A DNA stretch of 64,000 bases. Source: Toensbergia leucococca (taxonomy: Eukaryota). Numbering within the stretch: the first letter of the stretch is position 1; each line of letters begins with the position of its first letter. Both the position numbers and the translations under genes were made by a program. The stretch spans positions 1-64,000 of the forward strand of contig JALDZS010000057.1 in assembly GCA_022813965.1 (NCBI GenBank), in the 5' to 3' direction. Below are positions 13,941 to 26,935 of the stretch, piece after piece. Under the pieces are notes generated by a model. That model had not been told where the DNA came from, searched no databases, and was given only the letters and a program-made list of their open reading frames with translations.

Positions 13941-15645
13941 GTAAGTAATTCCTTCCATTTCCTTCAGCCCCGCTACATTATCGCCCACCGTATTCTCCGT
14001 ACTTCCGTTGCCATTACCATTGCCATTGCCATCCTATCATCATCACCATCACGGATCGAATATCCATAGCTCCATTGATCATTGCTAACCTGCTTCAGCC
14101 AAGCCAATTCCGCCATCATCATCATTACCAATTGTCACTGCTTCTTCTCCTCTCCTCAATCACCATTCGAATCGTCGGCTTGGTTCTGTCCATTCTGCCA
14201 CTGTCCAACATCGAGGCCCCCATACCGTCATCGTACATTACCGGAGCCAGCCGAACAAGCGAAATTCCAACTTACACCGCCATACCGAACAGCCTACCAT
14301 CTTATCGCCGGCCTCGTCGTCACCACTCTGTACCACCGTGTCGCATTGAGCGCTCTCTACCCAACCCTTGCTGCTGCATTCAAGCATACTTTCAGCCTCC
14401 AGGACACCCGCATTACTCCGGGGTAGAAACCATCGTGCGCCCATTTCCATAGCTCGGCCTTCTTGCACATCCTTGCCTGCTCCGTTTGCTGCCTACATGG
14501 AAGCAGAGCACGCTCCCGTACTGAGTCATCAATAGCAACTTGTTCCGCCAGACAATCAACTTGTTGAACTGTAGCTATCCGGATCCGCTTCCTCTCTTGG
14601 TTTGGTAAGCTCCGGCTCTCTTTTGCTTGCTATGCTTTCGTCCTTTGTGCAGCCTGTTGCCTTCTTTTGTATGGCTTTGGCCTTGAACAATTTACTCCGG
14701 GGCGGTGGAACGTTCGACATATTCCAGAAATTATTTTGCTTTCTGCCTTCTTTGCCCTGTTCAGGGCATGCACGGCTTCATGCAAAGTTTCCGCTTTCCC
14801 ATCAGCAGGCCCAAGCGTAATGATCCTTCTGCACCTAAATTTGTGCTGGCCAATCGTCTTCATTTGTCTTCCAAAGTACAAGTCCTCGATTCTATGGTCC
14901 CCCAGGGAGGAACGAGAATGACATTGCTAACCTTATTTTCTTTTAGGTCCTTATCCTTGAGACTGAGAGTATCAGCACGAACGGGTCCCGTTAAACTTTG
15001 TTGTCCGACTAAAACAACCTCATAGAGTCTTGCATTCTGTTCAGTCTTGGCTAGGACTTACCTCGACATATCGTGCAAACACTGCGTCATTTGTGCTACC
15101 TCACAATTGTACAGAGATTCCATCAGCCAAATCAAGGTTCGTCTCTAAGCATCCAAGCCTGCCCTCTAATTCACTAATATTTGCTTTCTAGCATTCTAAA
15201 CTCTACATACATCTCCTCCGATTGTGGGTACAATCAGCTATCGCTATACCCTCTCCCCGGAGCCTACCCAATTTGAATTCAACGGATTGTGATCACGGGC
15301 TCGTGCTACAATCGGCAAACTTCGACCCTGGTATTTTATTCGTGAGGGAGAGATCGCTTATTGGCCGCCGTCGCAACACGGTCCAGGACTACCAAGTGCA
15401 GACGTAGAAGGGCGCCCGTCTGTGTGTCCGTGCCTGCAGTGCCGCACACAGAGCATGCCAATACCCTGTGAGTAAGCTTCCATATCTTCGTGCCGTAAGA
15501 AGTGAATTCTATGGCTCCACCAGGGTCTACATAGATGAGACCTTGTTCTCGTGGTATCAGTCTCAAGATTCCGCAATATTCTCTGCTACTTCATGGAAAC
15601 TTTAAATCTTAATTACAATGTTTGCTCATTTGTTGTGTTTTCTAG
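13941..15645 (+). promoter_or_regulatory. Long spliced 5' leader of the bHLH gene with four predicted introns and a uORF
   Basis: Introns 13941-14098, 14605-14946, 15137-15191 and 15468/15472-15645 have donors, branch-like sites and YAG. Leader exons contain only two ATGs (14497, 15455). Confidence 0.6.
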
Positions 15646-17462
15646 CTGAGAGTACATACGATCTTCACTATTCCATTCCAATGACTCAGAAAGGCAAATC
15701 GAACACAAACTACGATTTTCATCCCAATACAAACTCCGAGGAGGGGCCTGATATCTTTGTTGATAGTGGAAACATGGACGGTACAGGTGGTTCTAGCCCA
15801 TTCATTAAGGATGAGCCAGATGACTATACCTTCACTACCAACAGCTACGTGCCTAACCAGCAAGGGTACGGCGGACCCATGAATCAACAGTTTGGGGAAA
15901 GCACGACAGGCAGTATTGACCCATCCGAGCTTACAATGCAGGCCAATAGCTTTGGCCAATATAATTTCGGATCTCAGCAGAATATGTCGTCCAGCTTTAA
16001 CATGGGGAACTCAATCATCAATGACGATGAGTTGCTCGATCTAGACCTTAATGATACTCCAAGCCATCGTAACCAATTCCACGCCGATCATCACACATTT
16101 GGGGGACATGAAAATGGCAATCTACACGAGTTTTTCCCTGAGCAAGGTCAATCGGGATCTACAATGGTGAACAACCAGAACCAGATGAATCCTATCTACT
16201 CAAGTACTCCTGATGGTGCGCCCATCCAGAGTCCGTTCACTCACGGCAACTTTAACTATGCTCAATACGGACAAATACAGCCTCAACACATGGCCCAGCA
16301 GGCATCTCCGTATATACGGCCAAGCACAGGCAACACGCATGGTAGATCTATGGATAACGGGTATATGAATGGACGGCCTAGACCGAATGTACCTACGGGA
16401 ACCGATCGACGAACGTCAGATTCCCGGAGCCCAATGACACCAAAGACACCCGCATTGGGCGGCTTGAACCTTGGAACGCCGGAGTCTGGTAGCATCTCCT
16501 CACAACCGATTCACACCAATGGCTTGAATCAACATCGACATCAAAAGAGCCTGTCCAATCAATGGGATAGTACCCCGGGCAGCCTTCACTCATACATTGA
16601 CTCGCCAATCCCTTCGCCAGGTCATGCGGCAAGCCACGCCCAGATTTCCGAGATCCTCAAATCGGGAAAACATGCCTCTTTACCTGCCAAGGTCGATACC
16701 AGCTATCATCCAGCTCCGGCATACCAAACCCAAGAAGCTAAGCGTCGCAAACGACGGGAGTCACACAACATGGTTGAGCGCCGCCGTCGGGACAACATCA
16801 ATGAGCGCATCCAAGAGCTCTCCCATCTTGTACCCCAACACCGCCTCGAAGACGAGAAGGTCCGCAAGCACCTTGTTAGTAACTCTCCACTTTCGCCAAC
16901 TCTTGCCGCAACTGGCATTAGTCCACCCCAAGCGACATCGCTGCTAGCGGCTGGCGGTCGTCGTGCAACAGGTGCGGGTATTACCATGGGAATTCCTGTC
17001 GAGGAAAAAGACAAGGGTCCTAACAAGGGGGACATACTCAACGGTGCTGTGAGCTGGACTCGTGATTTGATGTGGGCTCTCCACGCGAAGCTTGAACAGG
17101 AAGCGGAACTTGCGGACCTCATTACCTCATTGGGTGGTGTCTTCCCTTTTGAGCAGTCGGAAGATGAGAAGCGTATGCGTACCGAGTTGCTGGATGCAAT
17201 GGAAAACAATGAACCAAGCTCCTTTGCGTATACACGTGGAGCTGGTAGTGGATTGAGAGTACCAAAGCACACCAACGTTGCTGGAGAACCTCTGAACCAA
17301 GGGCAAATGGGAGTGCTTAGCCCACAGAGCCTTAGTCCGGGGGTTCAATCCGGCGGAAGTGGAGCGAACAGTGGTGGGCACGGGCAGCCGCAATTTTGGA
17401 GCCACAGCGGACGAAGCCTTAGCTTCAAGGAAGAGGATGAGTACGACATGGAGATGAACTAG
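15455..17462 (+). CDS. bHLH transcription factor, Rtg3/MiT-TFE-like; start either ATG 15455 (via intron 15468-15645) or ATG 15681
   Basis: Basic-HLH motif KRRKRRESHNMVERRRRDNINERIQELSHLVP and helix 2 PNKGDILNGAVSWTRDL in ORF 15618-17462. Confidence 0.9.
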
Positions 17463-19447
17463 ACGAGCGGAGAAGACTGTGGAACAAGATGGTAGGATTT
17501 TTTTCTGATAGCGTTGTGATTTGTTGTGGTTGGTCCGTTGCATTCGCTTAGCTTGGAGTCGCTTTCTTTTTTTTGCATTGGTGGTGGAGTGGTTGGTGTT
17601 TGAAGGAGATGATGGAGTTTTGATGCGTCTTCTTTCATTCTTTCTCTTGCATAACTTTATGTCTTTGTTTGGGGTCTTTGCGTGTTTTTTCTAATGGGTA
17701 TACCTCTTGGGCGTTTGATGGGTTTGGGAAGTTTGTGCGATTTGCAGAACCTGATGAGATGGATTTATTCTTTCATCTTGTTGCTCTCCGTGGGTTTTTC
17801 TTCTTCTTTAATTGATTGGTGTTGGCATTTACTACCCCCGGGCGCCTTTTATTTCTTAGCTATTTTCTTTGTTGAGCTTGTTTGAGCTGGAGTGGGTGGG
17901 GGAGGGGGAGAGGGCATTAAACATTACACAGTTGGGGCTAGGTAGCTTATTTAGCGAAGAATGCACTCCCTTTTTTTTTCAATTTCAATTTAATTCGATC
18001 GCGTTGGTTTGAAATGGTGTGAGGGGAATTATTCTGACTTTTTTTTGAGATTGATTGTGGGTGAGAGGTTTGGAGGGTGGGGTCACTCGGTTATTTCTCC
18101 GACGGGGGAGGGCGGGGCGCGGAGTGTTCGTGGCTATCTGGAGCAGAGCGCTTGAAAAAAAAACCCCATATTTTGCGTTTTTCTCTCTCTCTTTCTCTCT
18201 TTCTCTCTCCCTTCCCCGCACCCCCCAATACTCTCTTCTCACCCACTTGGAAATATAAGTAGCTTGGATTTTGAAGAGATTTTGATTGGGCTGATGGAAA
18301 TACGGGGCTGTGGGGGCTTGCTTGTCGTGGGGTTTTCTGGACTGGTTGGATTTGTGGTCTGGAGTGGGGAGGTGGGAGGGTGGAGGGTGTTTGTGAGGTG
18401 GTGGGAGAGGGGGTGGGAGGAGGGAGGAGGGTGTTTGTGAGGAAGGGGGGCCCGGGGGCGGGGTGGCGTGTGAGCTTTTTTGGTCAAGGGCGTTGTTGTA
18501 GGATCTTTTTTCTTTTTTCTTTTGGGTTTGTCTGGGTTTGTCTGGGGTTGTCTGGGTGTTCTGGTGGGTTTGGGGGAGGTAGGTGAGGTGGGTGGGTTGA
18601 GGGGTGGAGGGGGGGGTTGGGGGGAGCAGAGAGTGGGGTGTCGTCGGTTGGTTGGTGAGTTTCATGTTGATGCTGGGTATCTAGTTGGCTCGAAGGTTTG
18701 GTTTTTTATTTTTATTTTTATTTTTTCCTCCGTGGTAGGGTGGGTTTTCGGGGGGAGGTTTGGAAGGATGGGAGGGGGGGGGGAAAGGGCTCGGGAAGAA
18801 GCGGTGGGGTTGTTGGGTTTTGGATGCGGGGAGTTTGGTTCGTGTTGTGGTCTCTGGCTCGCTCTATCCGCTTCTTCTTCTTCTCCTTGACTTTTACTTC
18901 CCGTTTGCCGGTCTCTCTGCCATGTTGTCATTGTTTTCAATGCTCCCTCGCGTTGCATGAGGGCTTGATTATTTCTTTTGCTTGTGAAATAGAAAAAAAA
19001 GGGGTTTGGGACTTTTGAGATTATTGGGGCTTTTTGTTTGATAGGATTTGAGCTTGGATGTGTTTTATGTACAGGGAGTGTAGATTTGAATGGATTTTAG
19101 AAGCTCTGGTTTGTGAGGGGGGTATGTGGTGGAATGTATGAATTAACTTGGGGGAAAAAATAATGAGAGATTTCTTCAGATGATCTTGCAAAGCTTCACC
19201 CCTCGCTCGGGGCATGTTGATGGTACTGTAGCGCAATACAAAAAGGACACCAGAGGCCTCGCTGGCAACTCTATATGCGCCCCAGATTCAGTCATATAAA
19301 ATGACATATCCTTCTTCCAGAAATACTACCTTCAAAAGTACCCATCAATCCTCCTCGCTACCGGATCTGCTTTCGGTGTCGTTAGCTTGGAAAGTGCCTG
19401 CAATGTAGGTGCAACAGTTCGAAAGAGGACTGGAGGTCGCCTCCACG

Positions 19448-20813
19448 CTATTCCACCCAGAATAACATCTTGGGACGCTTCGGTTCCGTCCCGTTGGGTT
19501 TAGAGTCAACGACGGGGGTATGGTCATCCTCTTCGCTTTGGTCTTCCATTTCGTCTTCATCTTCTTCTTCGTCTTCTTCGTCATCTTCGTCGTCGTCTTC
19601 CTCATCGTCTTCCTCTTCGTCTTCGCTTTCCCATTCATCATTTGAAAGATCAGAGTCCATACTTGTATCCATATCACTATTGTTCAAATCACTAGCATCC
19701 TCCCATTCACCCTCATCCTCGGAAAGTAGATCGGTTACATCGATCCCATTAAGTTGAGCGTCTGTGAGATTGAGACGGAAGTCTTCATCATCCCAGACAC
19801 TAATGCCGTCATCTTCTTCCATTGCAGTATCGCGTGCTTCTCTTAGAACCCTAGAAGTTTTTTTCTGCTCCTTTTCATCAGGAACCCATTCTATCCCATG
19901 CGCCTTGCATTGCCTTGCGATTCTCTTTCGTCTTTGGTAGACGTATCTCTTCTCAAGCTCATCTTCTGCTGCATCCATAAAGGAGGCCATTCTGTCAAGA
20001 TGTGGCTTCATTCTCTCCTTCGACACCTTGGTGCTGAGCCGCGGGTCACAGATCCAGGCTCGGATGTTGAAATCTTGACTCTTGACCTTGGGAGACGAGA
20101 AAGATTAGTCGGTATTTGCATGACTCTGCTGAATATACTGACTTTAAAGTGATCTGGGTCGACGAGCTTGCTCTCCCAAAGCAATGCTGTGAAAGTGCCC
20201 CTCCAGTCGCACTCCATTTCTGTTGGGTGGTTATCTTTGATCTTGAGGCCGGGAATCTCTGTGTCATTGGCTAGACGCCTGAAATATACGACTTGGGGAG
20301 GACGGGGATAGTAGCAGGTCGGACGCTTGGCTAGACAAGATTCAACTGCCGAGAACTTTGGGCAACAGCTTTTGGCAGTCTTTATCATGCGGTGCATTCT
20401 AAAAACGGCAGTCCTCTTGCTTTCGTCGGAAAATCTTTCAAATGAACAAGTGTAGTAGTGCTTCATTTCATCATATACATCGTATCCGGGGAGGCATCCT
20501 GGATTATCTACATTAGGAGAGATGAGTATTAGCCTGGTAAGAGAGCGTCAAGAGACTAATAGAGAGCTGGCACTAGGGTATGGCGTTATAAAGGGAGGCA
20601 GAAAACAGGCTACAGACCAAAGAGCAGTGCAGGTCTCAGCTGCTTAACATATCTGGAGATAAATATCGATTCAACGATATCTCTCCAAGTCCTAGATACA
20701 TTGCGGCAATCTGTCCAGAGGTGAGTGATAGCAGATTCGGACCTGAAATTGGCCAGGATGTGTGAGAAAATCTCATTGGGAAACACAGGCACAGAACTGA
20801 TAGGAAGGGCCAT
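19448..20813 (-). CDS. F-box-like protein with acidic D/E-rich tail; 3 exons
   Basis: Exons 20813-20618, 20507-20143 and 20086-19448 join three ORFs in frame. N-terminal FPNEIFSHILANF..LWTDCRNVSRTWRDIVE resembles an F-box. Confidence 0.7.
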
Positions 20814-21185
20814 GTTGAAGCAAAAGATGTTGAGAGAAAGTCCTCTTCTACCGAAATAGAGAGAGAACAACCAATGGCTCAGGCCATGAGCTGTATCAGT
20901 AGATTTTCACTCGGCGAAGTATGAGTATGTACAAAAGATATGATGGTGTTTGTTGACCCTGGCGCGCTTCGCGTTTGGCGTGTGAGGTCGCGTGTCTCGA
21001 AACAATCATGTTGCTGGGGCTAAAGTATCGATACTCTTAGCCTATTACGTTACGGCAAGCACTTCGTATCTTATGTCAATTTCCCCAACTCCCCCCCTTA
21101 ACATCATTTCCATTCAACAACCTCGAATTTATTTTCATTTAGGTATTGCACTACTCGTAGCTGTTAAGTAGACAGTCACAACAAC

Positions 21186-22234
21186 ATGGCAACCAAAGAG
21201 TCTAGCGACTTGGTATCTTTTTTTTTTCGTGAGAAGAAACCCTCCCCTCGGAACTTCTGTCTTCGTCGGCCTCAGGGCGGCAGATGCAACGCTCCAATTC
21301 ACCATTCTCTATCGAGGTTGGGGGACCTCTCTGATTGAATCCCTTGGCGGCACCCCCGTACCTCGTACCAACATCATACGTATGCTTTTTCAATGCCATA
21401 GCTCATTTGTCCATATCGTTTCTCTGGGTAGCAAGTCATGTCTACTTTAGATATCCTCTCTAAAACCGTCTGATGTCTTTTCGTCCGAATTCATCAGAGA
21501 TGCTAATCCCAAAGTGACCCCCAGCATTCCTCAACCCTTCTAGTTCCCCAACCCAATGCCTTGCATTCACTGGTCTCGGACCTTACCCAGCCTTGATAGC
21601 AGCTCTCGCAGTAGGTAGTAGCACAAAGCACATCCTCTATATCTTGGGGATAGCAGAGCAAGAAATCACACCCGCAGCTGCAACAATAATCGCAGTCTTC
21701 AACACCCTTGTCCATACAACAAACACCCTCCTCTCGCTATGGGCTGTCACCTCCACCGCCCCCGCCATGGTACTCGCGCAATCCTCTACTCTCACAGAAG
21801 TCATCCTTTCTTCACCGTCAATAATGCTTGGGCTAGGTTTGTATACTGTGGGTATTGTTACTGAATTACTATCTGAGGTTCAGAGGAAAGCTTTCAAGGA
21901 TTGACCAGAGAATAGTGGGAAGCCGTATGGAGGGGGACTATTCGGGTGGGCAACGAATATTAATTATGGTGGGTATACACTTTGGAGAGCTGGATATGCA
22001 TGTGCTGCTGCTGGACCAGTGTCGGGAATGGCGGTAGCCGGCTTTTTCTTCTATGACTTTACCACCAGGGCCATTCCGAGTTTGGATCAGTACTGCGCAG
22101 ATAAGGTGAGCTAATGCCCGTCTTCGTGGATTTATGGACATGAATGTAATACTGACGGGTTTCCATAGTATGGTGATTCGTGGATACAGGTTAGAGAGCG
22201 CGTCCCATATAGACTGCTACCATTTATCCATTAA
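21186..22234 (+). pseudogene. Steroid 5-alpha-reductase-like / DUF1295 membrane protein pseudogene
   Basis: PLGTSVFVGLRAADATLQF, ELLSEVQRKAFKD*PENSGKPYGGGLFGWATNINYGGYTLWRAG, RAIPSLDQYCADK|YG..VPYRLLPFIH. Frameshift near 21245 and in-frame TGA at 21902-21904. Confidence 0.75.
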
Positions 22235-23239
22235 GCTTTATTTACTTGAATTGTTGTTACAGTAAGAAAGTCACTTCGCTGCACTCATATGTCCCATGGT
22301 CTTGCACTCCGCTAACCATCGAGAGCTTCGACAACAACTAATTTTCACTTGAACCGTCATACAATTCTGGAGTTGATAATTCTACTCAATTACTTGCTCA
22401 AACCTGCTTGACGCATGTTTTCAAAAGTCATGAACAGCGTTTCCAGGCCTTCACTACTCTCTGACAAATCTGCAATCCCCTTGGTCTCAAGTCAATCCTA
22501 GTCTGGTAATTCATCGCCCGCGGATCTATGCATACCAACTACGGGCTACAATCATCCCACTCTTCTTATCTCAACATGTCTAGCTGTACCCGTGCCTTAG
22601 CCTCACTCGGTAACAGGATAGTATTCCTCGTCTAGCACTTCACAGAAAGCATACCTAGTCTTGACAATCAAGGACTTTTATTCTAATATCGATGCAGACT
22701 CAGAAGCTTACCTATTGGCATAGCCTGATTGATGTTGACATTGATAGACTTATACCTTGCTCAACGGCGTCAATCTACCAAAGGCTGTATATCCACAACC
22801 AACCTTTCAATTCTACCGCCAATGTATTCATTCTGGGTGAAGCAATTCACTCCTCGACTATCTTCGTCTTTTTTCTTGCGGGGCTTCTCACTTCTCCTCG
22901 AACAAAACAACTATCTAGGAAGGCCATCCGCTTTAACGATAAGTGTATAATGCAGGATTTTTCGAAGGCTGCGCTTAAGTCACCACCTCTAAAACTCTCA
23001 AGATGGGCAGATCAGCTTGCATTCCGGAAATCTATGGTCTGTTTTATCGATGAAGCTGAGCCAGAATCTACATGTTTGAAAAGACCAATTACGTGAGATC
23101 ATCCTGCGCTTTCTCCGCCTTAATCAGACCTCTTAACCAAAGAACACAAAGGCTATTGGCAGATCTGCAGCTTGTGTATCATCGCGGAGAACAAGAGAGA
23201 CCTCACTGTTCTCCGTGAAAGATTGCCGAAAATAGGGCT

Positions 23240-24420
23240 TTTACCTCACTACTCACTGCTCCCCTGGGGCTGCTAAAATCGCAAATGTGAGTCATATTGA
23301 CTGTAGCTAACAATGACCCCGAGATAAGGACAACAACCTGCTGGGGGAAAAAATACGATTTTATTTCATAAAATCATCGCCCCCCGGGGAGAATTGATGG
23401 GGGTTGCTAAAATTGCGAATGTGAGTCATGCGGGTTATAGCTAAAATGGATCTTGAGGCAAGAGCAGTTGTCTGAAGGGAGAATACCATTTCCTTACTCT
23501 ACAACCAATCGTCCCCATGAGCATTCGAGTTGCAAAAATTGCGAATGTGAGTAAGATTGGCCATAGCTAAAATGGATCTTGAGACAAGACCACCTATCGA
23601 AAGCGAAAGTAATACTCATTCTGCTTCACAGCCCATCGTCCGCTGGGGGAATACATAGGGGTTGCGAAAATTGCGAATGTGAGTAGCGCTGTCTGCTGAA
23701 ATGGATATTGAGATGAGGACAGTTGTCTCATGAAGAGAGAAATTTCCATCTGATTGCACAAGTTATCGCCCTTGAGGAGATACAGAGGAGTTGCAAAGAT
23801 TGCAAATGTGAGTCATGTGGGTCTTTTTGAAGAAGTTGACTGTCCAGCTATGCAAGATCCTGAGACACTAGGCAAATCACGTTTACGCAACGAGAGCAAA
23901 ATTGCTACACTAGGAGAGCATAGCTAAAACGGACCACGAGACAAGAACATCTATCGGAAGGGAAAAAGCCGAATGCAACTCATTGCCCCTGGGAATATTG
24001 ACAAGAGTTTCAAAAATTGCGAATGTGAGTAGTATCGGCTGTAGCTAATAACGCTCTTGAGACTAGAATAATTTCATTATTAGCTGATGTGAAGGCTTTG
24101 TTCGTTTCATCTCACAACTCATCTCCCACATATCAACATCCGAGTGGCGAAGATCGCGAATGTGAGTTGAGAGAGATCGGCTGGCTGTAGCTAGAATGAA
24201 CCTCGAGACAAGGACAGTTGTCTGATGGGAAAATTTATTCATCTTATTTCACAGCTTGTCGCCTCTAGGGAGGTACGGAGGGGTTGCTAAGATTGCGAAT
24301 GTGAGTCAGATTGGCTGTGGCTAGAATGACCCAAAATGGTCATTTTGGAAAGTGAGAGATCGTTCACTTGGACATCTTCGGGCCTCAATGAGACAAGGAC
24401 AGTTGTCTGAAGGGTAAAAT
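23240..24420 (+). repeat. Diverged tandem array, ~9 units of ~126-139 bp, with conserved 24-bp core GTTGCNAARATYGCRAATGTGAGT
   Basis: Cores at 23269, 23403, 23529, 23661, 23790, (degenerate ~23893), 24007, 24144, 24283. A second, weaker box TAGCTAAAATGGATCTTGAGACAAG follows most cores. Confidence 0.9.
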
Positions 24421-26569
24421 ACTTACAATGATATAACTTAGAGAGTGCCAAGGGTCAGAAGTCAGAGATGAACAGATGATTGAATGATTATCTCTGATGT
24501 GGTGAGCATGGATTGCAAGATCGTCGTTCGTCGATGGGACAGACGCAAACATGAAAATCAGCACTACCAAATAGACTAAAGATTTTACGAATTAGACGAA
24601 CGAGCCACTAGAAAGGACATGCTAATTACTTGCTTCATGTGAAGAGACAAAAGCTCATGTCCACTCGAGACTCCTCCGTTCCTCACTCCTCCGAAACCTC
24701 CTAGTAGTGGGCGTGGTAGGCGCCGTATCAACAAAGATCTTACACCGTCACCAGAGAAGGGTCGTCCCCGTGTTCCCTCCGGGAGCTTATCGCCAACGTG
24801 GGCCATGAGGAGCGGACAAAGATTGCCTTGTAGGGCCATGTCCGAATTGTCCGATGAACCTTCCAGTGAGCAGATCCGTCGCGCCCGTGCCAAGAAGAGT
24901 GCTACCGGCTTCCTCGCAGCGCTCGCTCGACATGCCCAACAATTTGGTGATCCGGTAAGCCTCATGATCGATGACGATGACGACCAGAACCCCGGGTCCG
25001 TGCAGGGTGCTCACCACCCGGCTTCCCACCCGGAAGGCTCTCCCAAGCCCTCCCCCGAAGCCTGTCCCAAAACGGCGCGCAAAGCGCCCGTAGGGACGGT
25101 GGTGCCTTCCCGGTTAGATCATGTGAAATGAATAATATGATATCTAAGAAATGACAACAATTCTCTGAAAAAAAGAATCAAAGTCATGCAAGACAGAAGC
25201 ATTTTTAGATCAAATAGCTGTATAGTTATCTCAGGGAATGAAGATCATGCTCACAACAGAATACACCTTCCTCATAAGTGTATCTGTGAAACTACTCACT
25301 CAAACTGAATCGCTTCTCACATTATGTGAGTAAGGCTGGCCCTTGCGCATGTTCAAGGAAAGTATGAAAAAGAGAAGATAAAGTCAGATTCTGAAATCAT
25401 ACACTGAATATTGAATGAGCTAGGTCAGTACACTCAACTTCAAGTGAAGACACTACTAACTTGTGATTAGATGAATATGATGACAGTAGGCATTCTCGCC
25501 TCTCTAGTGCAGATCCACGCCCTGCCATTTTGAAAGAAATCTTTTTGCTTAAACTTGAAGAAAGAACCGAGTCCGAGAAGATCGTGACAGGGAGCGTGGC
25601 GGGATACGAAGGATTACTGGGAATTCATCTTCAAATTATCAGCACATGATCTTTTGACAGGTGCAGAGCGTGAAAGTTGAAAAGTCAAACTCGGTTAAAC
25701 ATCTCCCCCCCTATCAACCCCTTTCAAACGAAATGAGGAGAGTGGATTACTCCAGAAGGAGAAACGACAAGAAAAAATGCAACAAACAACGGCAAGAACA
25801 ACTGCGACGCCGCAGGGCAAGAAGGGGTGAAATGATTGTGGATGTCGAGGGGAGAGTGAAATGGGAACGAGTTGAGAGCTGGAGAAAGATAATGAATCCT
25901 AGAACACAACCTTTTAGGAAGAGGTGGAGAAAGTGGAGCCCGGACCGCCAGCCATTTTTGGTCCACGAGACAATCAGCAGATGAAGCACGTTGAAAAAGC
26001 TAATTCAAGGCTTCGCGTCTAGTCTTTTATCATTAGGTCAAAAGAAGATGTATAAAGCTGAAGGAGGCCGGGGAGATGTATCAGCGAGCGCTATATGATA
26101 TGCCTAATGATTTCAGCTTTATTCTGTTGGGGCAAAATGAAGCTCTCAAAACAACAGCGAAGATGAACCCAGAGGAGGAAATTGTGACCGTTGCCAACGA
26201 CCACTTTGAGAGCTAACATCAACCTTTCAAAGGGGATTATACCACCACATCTTGCGGTGATGAGTGCTACACCGACAGCCTGCTTAGGTTTTTTTAGAAA
26301 AAAAGCTGGAAACTCGATTACAATCGGCATGTACTATATTCTTTACCAAACAATACGTCATGCCATGAAGAGAGGAAGCCTCAACGATCTTGGAAGAAGG
26401 ACCGATATCAATTGAAATGCGGCGTCGCGGCTCTTGATGTTGCAGATTGACAGATATGATCATATGAGCTTCCGCTGTAGGAGGTCTTGTGGAGCTAGCT
26501 GTGAAGCGTGAGAAAGAGCTTTACTGAGAGGTTCTCGCCCGTTCTGTCTCGCACAATTACAGGTTGATG

Positions 26570-26935
26570 AAAATCCTATGATCATTATGCAGTCATTATT
26601 GGAAGACAGGATTACATTCGATCGCTGACATTGTGTTTACAGCACGAGTCCTTGTTCATCATCGTGGAGGCAAAGCCAGCGGGAAACGCGTCGGTCGGAA
26701 TACCTCAGATGTTAGTATCCATGGCCGCCATACAAGATGCAAGACAAGATCGGACAAACAAAACAGTATTCGGCATGCTGTCAGATGGCACAAATTATAC
26801 GTTTGCCTGTCTTAACAATAACAAGAGGCTTCTTATCTCCCGCAATTTCCAATGGCTGTTCGATCGACAAACAATTTTACGGCACATCGATCGCATCCTT
26901 CTTGACGCCATACAATCGTCCCCTCATACCACCTG
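26570..26935 (+). pseudogene. Fragment of a fungal PD-(D/E)XK restriction-endonuclease-like protein
   Basis: IGRQDYI lies out of frame upstream of ESLFIIVEAKPAG..GIPQMLVSMAAIQ..NKTVFGMLSDGTNYTFACLNN..ILLDAIQSSPHTT; the D..ExK spacing and downstream motifs fit this family. Confidence 0.55.

Noticed and set aside
17985..19018. Multiple overlapping Pro- or Gly-rich ORFs (also 9472-10988 and 53408-55138)
   Set aside because: By-products of C/G-skewed low-complexity DNA that lacks stop codons, or antisense to real genes; no domain signal.
23240..24420. CRISPR array
   Set aside because: Inter-core sequences are ~105-115 bp and homologous to each other rather than unique spacers; the cores are imperfect; there are no cas genes and the context is eukaryotic.
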